Part shown: positions 26,488-32,000 of the stretch, piece after piece
How the letters are laid out: every line of letters begins with the position of its first letter
Position numbering within the stretch: position 1 is the first letter of the stretch
Assembly (NCBI RefSeq): GCF_000017845.1
Contig: NC_010547.1
Span: 397,702 to 429,701 of the forward strand
Direction of reading: 5' to 3'
Length of the DNA: 32,000 nucleotides
Origin: Crocosphaera subtropica ATCC 51142
GTDB lineage: Bacteria > Cyanobacteriota > Cyanobacteriia > Cyanobacteriales > Microcystaceae
The notes under the pieces: model-generated
Told to the model about the DNA's origin: nothing
The model's input: the letters and a program-made list of their open reading frames with translations, nothing else
The model's database searches: none
Made by a program: the position numbers and the translations under genes

Positions 26488-27089
26488 TCGAATAGAGATA
26501 AACTTAACTAAATTAATAAAATTCTTATTTTATCATTCCATGACTAAATGAATTATTGATAGAAGGATATAGAAAAAACTCATAATTTAGGTCTATTGTT
26601 GATTAATATTAATGAGTAGATATTTTTCAGAAAAAAGAAAAACAGAGCAAAAAATACTATATCTAGCTAATCTTGAATCTAGGTAAGATTAAGAAATTAT
26701 TAACAGTTTTCTGAGAAAAATATTAAAGGTTTTAACAATTTAGTTAATTCGTTAAGAAATGTTGCGATTGCTGTTGAGGGGTTGCTAGGCTGTGAATGAA
26801 CCAAGATTGATAAGTATTTTTACTTGTCGGAGGCTCCATTATGACTACTGATTTTTTACCGGTTGTTTTAGTTTTAGTTGTTGGCTGGTTATTAGCTGCC
26901 ACATTAGGGACTTGGGCTTAAACAGAAGGGGCTAAAAAAGCAGGATGTCTTCTGAGTAATGGAGTAGTAACCATTGCCTTAACAGGAGTATGGAATGGGC
27001 AAACAGGGAAAGGGAGTAACCTTAAAGGCAGTCTCAAGAAATTTATCGTACCGGGCCGTCCCATCTATTTAGCCTTCGATGCTGATGTA

Positions 27090-29447
27090 GTGGTCAAAGA
27101 ATCAGTAGAAAAGGCTTTAATCCAGTTTGGACGGTTATGTAAGAAAGCCAAAGCCGAAGTGTTAATCATGCAGTGGGATTTAACCCTTGGGAAAGGTATA
27201 GATGATGTGGTAGTCAACCAAGGGACAGAAGCCTTAGAGAAAATTATTAATCAAGCCATAAGCTATGGAAATTGGTTAAAAGAGCTAAATACCAGCAATG
27301 AAAATTCAAAAACAAAACAAACTCAAAAATATCAACAAATACCAAAAGCGGATGTAATCGGAATGCAAATCACAGAGAACCACAGAGATCGATTAATCTA
27401 CTGCGATGAACTATCATCCTGGTTAGCCTACGAAATCGATGGGGAAACAGGGATTTGGGAGATGATCTCCAAAGATATCATGCTCTCAATCATAGATAGG
27501 ATAGTAGAATCCCAAGGGATAAGAGGTTACGGTTCCTCATCTTACATTGAGAACATAGAGAAAAAGATGAGACGGCTGTTAGTGTGCAAACATTGGGAAG
27601 AGAAAAACGAGAAACATTTACCCTTTGAAAATGGGGTATTAGACCTAGAAACCTCAAAATTCCATCAACACGCCCCAGGATTTAGGTTAACCTCAAAATT
27701 ACCTCGACAATATAATCCTCTCGCCACCTCTTGGTCAAAGACAGACCAATGGCTTACCGAAGTGGTCAAGGGGGATGAGAAAGCCAAAGAACTTTTACTG
27801 TGTTACATGGCCGCCGTACTCAGAGGAAGATATGACCTGCAAGTGTTTTGTTACCTCATTGGGAGTGGGGGTGCCGGAAAATCTACCTTTACAAACCTTC
27901 TAACCCAACTGGTAGGAGAACAAAATACTGTCGAACTAGATTTTGACGAATTAGATGATAAACACGAAGTCATTCGATTATTCGGGAAAAGATTACTGAT
28001 TTTAGCTGATCAAGACAGAGTAGGACGGAAAATAGCCAACTTCAAGAAATTAACAGGAGGCGATCGCTTATCGGGTCGTTACTTATTCAAAAACTCCATG
28101 TCATTCCAATTCAAGGGACTGGCCTGTGTCACAAGCAATCCCCCCAATGTCTTTCCAGCTAGTACCGCTAAATGGTTATTAAGGCGTATGAGGTTAGTAG
28201 AATTTAACGGACGGTTCCAACCCAATTATCACCTGATGGACGAATTAGAACCGGAACTACCCGGATTAACCAATTATCTTCTCAACCTACCGGAACATCA
28301 TATAGAAAATATCCTCAAAGGACGTGCCAAAGAACTGACAGCCACGACATGGGAACATCAATGTCGCAGCGATGGGTTAGCATCGTGGATTAATGATTGG
28401 TTAATTCAAGATGAGAACGCTTTTTCAATCATTGGTTCCAATGGGAAAGAATGGAACGACTCGGAATATAATGCCTATTCATCCACATTATATGGTTCCT
28501 ATGTGCTGTACTGTAAGCAAACCGGAAGAACCCCGAAAACCACCCAAAACTTTTCGGCTGACCTCATCGAAGTGACAGAGAGGATATTAGGGTGGCCAGT
28601 GAAAAAAAGACGCAAACGGATCGCAGGAAAAATAGTCAGGGGAATAGAAGGAATCAGACTGAGAACCAATGATGACGATGAGCAGTTGCTCGTAGAAGAT
28701 ACTTTGTATAGCTGTGACAATGGTGACAACCAAAAAGAGAATGTGACAACAGAGCGAGACAGGCTAGAATTCCCCATTGACCTAGGTTGTGACAACTTTG
28801 ACCACTTAATTACTAATGAGCAACAAAATGAATTAGAAAAAAGTTTAGTGGCCTTAAGTGTTGCCCCTCAAAATAACATTGAGAGTAATGGGCAAAAGGT
28901 TGTCACAGAAACCGTATCTTCTACAACGCAGGCAGAGAAAGGGTTAGCAGAAAATCAACCAGTTGTCACAGCTAAAAATGGATCAGAGGTGTTGTCACAA
29001 GTTGATTATTCAACCTTTCCTCATCTGACCAGTAATGACCTCAGAGCTAAGGAGAAAAGAGCCATATCGATTAAGAAGAGGATGTTAGCTTGTTCTCATC
29101 GAAACCATTTAGTTCAATTGAGGGAAAATGCAGGATATTCCCCGAATGAAATTCAATGGGTTTGGAAGCATAGTTTAACTTCATCACAAAAAAAACAGAT
29201 AGATCAAGCAGCCAATCTGACGCAAAAAGACATCTTTGAATCATTAGATGAGCGATCTGAGTATGATTGGCACGAAATTATCCAAGGGATTGACCTTGAA
29301 TTAGTGCGACTGGGTTGGACTATTGAACAAGCTCAACAGTACATGAAAGAAAAATATGGTAAACACTCAAGGCAACTCTTAGAAGATCATCAATTACTTA
29401 GCTTTTGGCAAGATTTACAACGGATGTCTGTTGAAGTTAAAGAGTAA
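27090..29447 (+). CDS. Plasmid/phage primase-helicase: DUF3854/Toprim-like domain + P4/D5-type primase C-terminal NTPase; 5'-truncated (homology starts at 26922, upstream of the called GTG)
   Basis: The in-frame upstream sequence TEGAKKAGCLL...VWNG...PIYLAFDADVV gives the Toprim E and DxD motifs. GKGIDDVV follows. Walker A GSGGAGKST and Walker B-like LLILADQD fit a P4-family primase C-terminal domain. The long C-terminal tail was not recognised. Confidence 0.7.
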   Translation: MVKESVEKALIQFGRLCKKAKAEVLIMQWDLTLGKGIDDVVVNQGTEALEKIINQAISYGNWLKELNTSNENSKTKQTQKYQQIPKADVIGMQITENHRDRLIYCDELSSWLAYEIDGETGIWEMISKDIMLSIIDRIVESQGIRGYGSSSYIENIEKKMRRLLVCKHWEEKNEKHLPFENGVLDLETSKFHQHAPGFRLTSKLPRQYNPLATSWSKTDQWLTEVVKGDEKAKELLLCYMAAVLRGRYDLQVFCYLIGSGGAGKSTFTNLLTQLVGEQNTVELDFDELDDKHEVIRLFGKRLLILADQDRVGRKIANFKKLTGGDRLSGRYLFKNSMSFQFKGLACVTSNPPNVFPASTAKWLLRRMRLVEFNGRFQPNYHLMDELEPELPGLTNYLLNLPEHHIENILKGRAKELTATTWEHQCRSDGLASWINDWLIQDENAFSIIGSNGKEWNDSEYNAYSSTLYGSYVLYCKQTGRTPKTTQNFSADLIEVTERILGWPVKKRRKRIAGKIVRGIEGIRLRTNDDDEQLLVEDTLYSCDNGDNQKENVTTERDRLEFPIDLGCDNFDHLITNEQQNELEKSLVALSVAPQNNIESNGQKVVTETVSSTTQAEKGLAENQPVVTAKNGSEVLSQVDYSTFPHLTSNDLRAKEKRAISIKKRMLACSHRNHLVQLRENAGYSPNEIQWVWKHSLTSSQKKQIDQAANLTQKDIFESLDERSEYDWHEIIQGIDLELVRLGWTIEQAQQYMKEKYGKHSRQLLEDHQLLSFWQDLQRMSVEVKE

Positions 29448-29472
29448 GTTATTTTGTCTGTATAATAGCGGA

Positions 29473-29667
29473 TTAGATGGTTCGGACATTGACAGCGCAA
29501 GGGCCTTTCCTTCCTTGCCCAACTTCATACTCGACTGTTTGCCCTTCTTCTAGGGATTGGCTTTGGACTTCTGAATAATGGACAAAGAGATCCTCTCCTC
29601 CATCCTGTTGTGCGATAAACCCATAGCCTTTTTGGGTATCGAACCACTTAACTTGACCTTGTGCCAT
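29473..29667 (-). CDS. Cold-shock protein (CspA family, 64 aa)
   Basis: RNP-1-like KGYGFI and RNP-2-like LFVHYS motifs, with the typical VKWFD start. Confidence 0.9.
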   Translation of the reverse strand: MAQGQVKWFDTQKGYGFIAQQDGGEDLFVHYSEVQSQSLEEGQTVEYEVGQGRKGPCAVNVRTI

Positions 29668-29843
29668 AAAGCTGTTTAAATCTCATAGGAAGAAAAATTG
29701 CGCTCTGAGTTGATGGTGTTAGTCATCCCCCAGTCAGCGTCCAGTCTGATTATATAACTTATGTTCTAACTTGGCACTATAAGTTAGAGAAGTCTGTTCT
29801 TGATGATGTTTACCTGAATTAAGGGGATTACTAAGGTTATCTG

Positions 29844-29849
29844 TATAAT
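29844..29849 (+). promoter_or_regulatory. Consensus -10 hexamer TATAAT, 7 nt upstream of the ATG of Rpn copy 1 (predicts leaderless or near-leaderless mRNA)
   Basis: tctgTATAATaaagtgaATG. No Shine-Dalgarno sequence lies in between. Confidence 0.4.
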
Positions 29850-29856
29850 AAAGTGA

Positions 29857-30692
29857 ATGTACGACTCAACTTGTAAGTTCATCGCAGCTAATTTTAAAAG
29901 GGATGTAGCAACTTGGCTATTAGGAAAGCCAATGGAATTAACAGAACTAAAGCCATCAGAGCTATCATTAGAGCCGATAAGAGCGGACAGTCTCATATTT
30001 TTGGAGTCAGAAGACTTGGTACTTCATATTGAGTTTCAAACAGACCCAGATGAGGATATACCGTTTAGAATGCTAGATTATAGGCTAAGAGTACATCGTC
30101 GTTATCCCGATAAGGAAATGCACCAAGTAGTGATTTACTTGCGGCCAAACAGGTCATCATTAGTGTATCAAAATGTTTTTGAACTGTCGGGGACAAGACA
30201 TGAATTTCGGATAATTAGGATGTGGGAAATGCCTTATGAACCATTATTAGAAGCACCTGGATTATTGCCTTTTGCGGTTTTGAGTCTAGAAAGCGATCGA
30301 GAAATGGTTTTAGAAAAGTAGCAAGGCAAATCGATGAGATTAGCGACCGCACTAACAAAAGCAATATAGCAGCGTCAACAGCACTTCTGGCTGGTTTATT
30401 ATTAGATAAGGACACCATAAACAAATTATTGAGGGAAGACATTATGAAAGAATCAGTTATTTATCAAGACATTAAATCTCAAGGAAAAGCAGAAGGAAAA
30501 GCAGAAGGGAAGCAGGAAGGAGAAGCAAATTTGATAAAAATACTACTGAACAGTCGTTTTGGTCAAATTGAACCCGATTTAACCGAAATAATTAATCAAT
30601 TATCTGTTGAACAACTAGAAAGTTTAGGCACTTTATTATTGAATTTTGAAAGTGAATCCGATCTTCGTGACTGGTTGACACAACAAGATTAA
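29857..30692 (+). pseudogene. Rpn-family (PD-(D/E)XK) recombination-promoting nuclease/putative transposase with DUF4351-like C-terminus, copy 1, frameshifted
   Basis: Nearly identical to copy 2 over the first ~455 nt. GAAAA at 30313-30317 corresponds to GGGAAA in copy 2, a 1-nt deletion that creates TAG at 30319. The rest is open in the +1 frame through 30692 (track ORF 30429..30692). Confidence 0.75.
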
Positions 30693-30715
30693 TTAGATTT
30701 TTGATATTTTGTCTG

Positions 30716-30721
30716 TATAAT
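30716..30721 (+). promoter_or_regulatory. Consensus -10 hexamer TATAAT, 7 nt upstream of the ATG of Rpn copy 2
   Basis: Same arrangement as at 29844: tctgTATAATaaagtgaATG. Confidence 0.4.
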
Positions 30722-30728
30722 AAAGTGA

Positions 30729-31565
30729 ATGTACGACTCAACTTGTAAGTTCATCGCAGCTAATTTTAAAAGGGATATAGCAACTTGGCTATTAGGGAAG
30801 CCAATGGAATTAACAGAACTAAAGCCATCAGAGCTATCATTAGAGCCGATAAGAGCGGACAGTCTCATATTTTTGGAGTCAGAAGACTTGGTACTTCATA
30901 TTGAGTTTCAAACAGACCCAGATGAGGATATACCGTTTAGAATGCTAGATTATAGGCTAAGAGTACATCGTCGTTATCCCGATAAGGAAATGCACCAAGT
31001 AGTGATTTACTTGCGGCCAAACAGGTCATCATTAGTGTATCAAAATGTTTTTGAACTGTCGGGGACAAGACATGAATTTCGGATAATTAGGATGTGGGAA
31101 ATGCCTTATGAACCATTATTAGAAGCACCTGGATTATTGCCTTTTGCGGTTTTGAGTCTAGAAAGCGATCGAGAAATGGTTTTAGGGAAAGTAGCAAGGC
31201 AAATCGATGAGATTAGCGATCGCACTAGCAAAAGCAATATAGCAGCGTCAACAGCACTTCTAGCTGGTCTATTATTAGATAAGGACACCATAAACAAATT
31301 GTTGAGAGAAGACATTATGAAAGAATCAGTTATTTATCAAGATATTAAATCTCAAGGAAAAGCGGAAGGAAAAGAAGAAGGGAGACAAGAAGAAGCAGTT
31401 AATCTAATAAAACTTTTACTGAATAGTCGTTTTGGTCAAATTGCACCCGATTTAACCGAAATAATCAATCAATTATCTGTTGAACAGCTAGAAAGTTTAG
31501 GTACTTCATTGTTAGGTTTTCAATCTGAATCCGATCTCCGTGATTGGTTGTCTCAACACAATTAA
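30729..31565 (+). CDS. Rpn-family (PD-(D/E)XK) recombination-promoting nuclease/putative transposase with DUF4351-like C-terminus, copy 2 (intact)
   Basis: The N-terminal core has RADSLIFLESEDLVLHIEFQTDPD (D...E.Q-type PD-(D/E)XK strand pattern). The C-terminus ESVIYQDIKSQGKAEGK...LSVEQLESLG...SESDLRDWL is typical of cyanobacterial DUF4351 tails. Confidence 0.7.
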   Translation: MYDSTCKFIAANFKRDIATWLLGKPMELTELKPSELSLEPIRADSLIFLESEDLVLHIEFQTDPDEDIPFRMLDYRLRVHRRYPDKEMHQVVIYLRPNRSSLVYQNVFELSGTRHEFRIIRMWEMPYEPLLEAPGLLPFAVLSLESDREMVLGKVARQIDEISDRTSKSNIAASTALLAGLLLDKDTINKLLREDIMKESVIYQDIKSQGKAEGKEEGRQEEAVNLIKLLLNSRFGQIAPDLTEIINQLSVEQLESLGTSLLGFQSESDLRDWLSQHN

Positions 31566-32000
31566 GGGTATTTTAAATTTGCAGTTTGCTTGTATGATTT
31601 TGACTGTATAATGTATTAAGCAGATAGAAAATTGTTTCACTGCTCACTGCGATCACGAAGTACCGCTTTTAGCGATCGCCACAGATGATGAAGCTCAAAA
31701 ACGCCGATAGAATAAGTTTCTTGTCAATATGAACAAATAACATATAATGAGGTGTCAATGCTTGAAAGGGTATTTTTAATGGGCTATGAGACTATACACG
31801 AAGATGGTTTCTTGATTCTCCCACAAATGAATTAGCTATTGCTCTTTGGATATCTTCTTTTCATTCTAACAAAACTGATTTGCCTTGTCTGTATATAAGT
31901 TTATGAATGTATAATACCTACTCCTATTTATTCATATATTAAGGGGAATTCCCTTCTAACCGATAGATAGGTAAGGGGGCTGAAACCCTCTCCGCATAAG

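Larger units (their letters stand above)
29838..31581 (+). repeat. Tandem direct duplication, period 872 bp (unit 1 ~29838-30709, unit 2 ~30710-31581)
   Basis: ATG to ATG distance is 30729-29857 = 872. The 5' ~455 nt of the two genes differ at only two positions by eye, while the 3' ~380 nt differ at many. Confidence 0.85.

Noticed and set aside
26601-26612. The 12-bp palindrome ATTAATATTAAT, and the 7-bp inverted repeat TAATCTT/AAGATTA (~26667-26690), in the divergent spacer as a telomere-resolution site or iterons
   Set aside because: They are too short and too AT-rich to stand out from chance in this spacer, and no repeated iteron-like units were found. The spacer is still a reasonable place for promoters or an origin, but nothing specific is supported.
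26841-26921. The 26-codon hydrophobic ORF (MTTDFLPVVLVLVVGWLLAATLGTWA) as a genuine small membrane protein gene
   Set aside because: There is no convincing ribosome-binding context. It sits exactly at the apparent truncation point of the primase gene and in the primase frame, so it is more simply junction debris. It is discussed under the primase finding instead.
30480-30530. The repetitive GAAGGAAAAGCAGAAGG tract as a tandem DNA repeat or regulatory element
   Set aside because: It encodes the low-complexity (KAEG)n linker of the DUF4351-like tail and is present in both Rpn copies in frame. It is a coding low-complexity region, not a separate element.
25819-31612. The CTGTATAAT motif as a LexA/SOS box (it resembles the CTGT half of the E. 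coli CTGT-N8-ACAG box)
   Set aside because: None of the copies has an ACAG partner at 8-nt spacing. The known cyanobacterial LexA boxes also have a different consensus.
3915-31680. Recurrent GCGATCGC octamers (for example near 3917, 4127, 9431, 12296, 13157, 15766, 24816, 25186, 28062, 31216, 31672) as a novel repeat
   Set aside because: This is the well-known cyanobacterial HIP1 palindrome. It was used only as taxonomic and amelioration evidence.
31930-31950. The near-palindrome AAGGGGAATTCCCTT near the window end as a resolution or att site
   Set aside because: Only a 10-bp perfect core (GGGAATTCCC) is present. It is too short, and the window ends shortly after, so the context cannot be judged.

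Overview
AT-rich window with at least 11 HIP1 octamers (GCGATCGC) spread across it, so it most likely comes from a unicellular cyanobacterium of the Cyanothece/Crocosphaera type. It splits into three parts. (1) Bases 1-9100 hold ordinary chromosomal genes: a 5'-partial GapN-like aldehyde dehydrogenase, tandem pstB genes, a glgX-type debranching-enzyme gene gutted by an IS3-family element, an RCK/TrkA-N channel-like protein, a PstS-family lipoprotein and a metallophosphoesterase. (2) Bases 9300-19100 hold a decayed transposase remnant, a WD40 protein with a large uncharacterised N-terminal region, and two P2-type P-type ATPases flanking a small membrane protein. (3) Bases 19100-32000 are accessory. 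Two abutting IS elements (IS4/IS701-like and ISAs1-family), both disrupted by short hairpin-forming inserts, separate the chromosomal-looking DNA from a plasmid/phage-like module. That module carries an unknown 186-aa ORF, an 863-aa protelomerase (telomere resolvase)-like protein and a RuvC-like nuclease on the minus strand. Divergent from these is a 5'-truncated DUF3854/Toprim plus P4-type primase-helicase, followed by a cold-shock protein and a tandem pair of Rpn/PD-(D/E)XK genes. The main lead is the protelomerase/RuvC-like/primase module, which looks like the remnant of a hairpin-ended linear-replicon maintenance system. Associated with it is a strand-biased dispersed motif (CTGTATAAT core). 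A second lead is a set of small GC-rich or palindromic mini-inserts inside the transposase genes. No rRNA, tRNA or CRISPR array was seen. All family calls come from motif recognition by eye and no searches were run.
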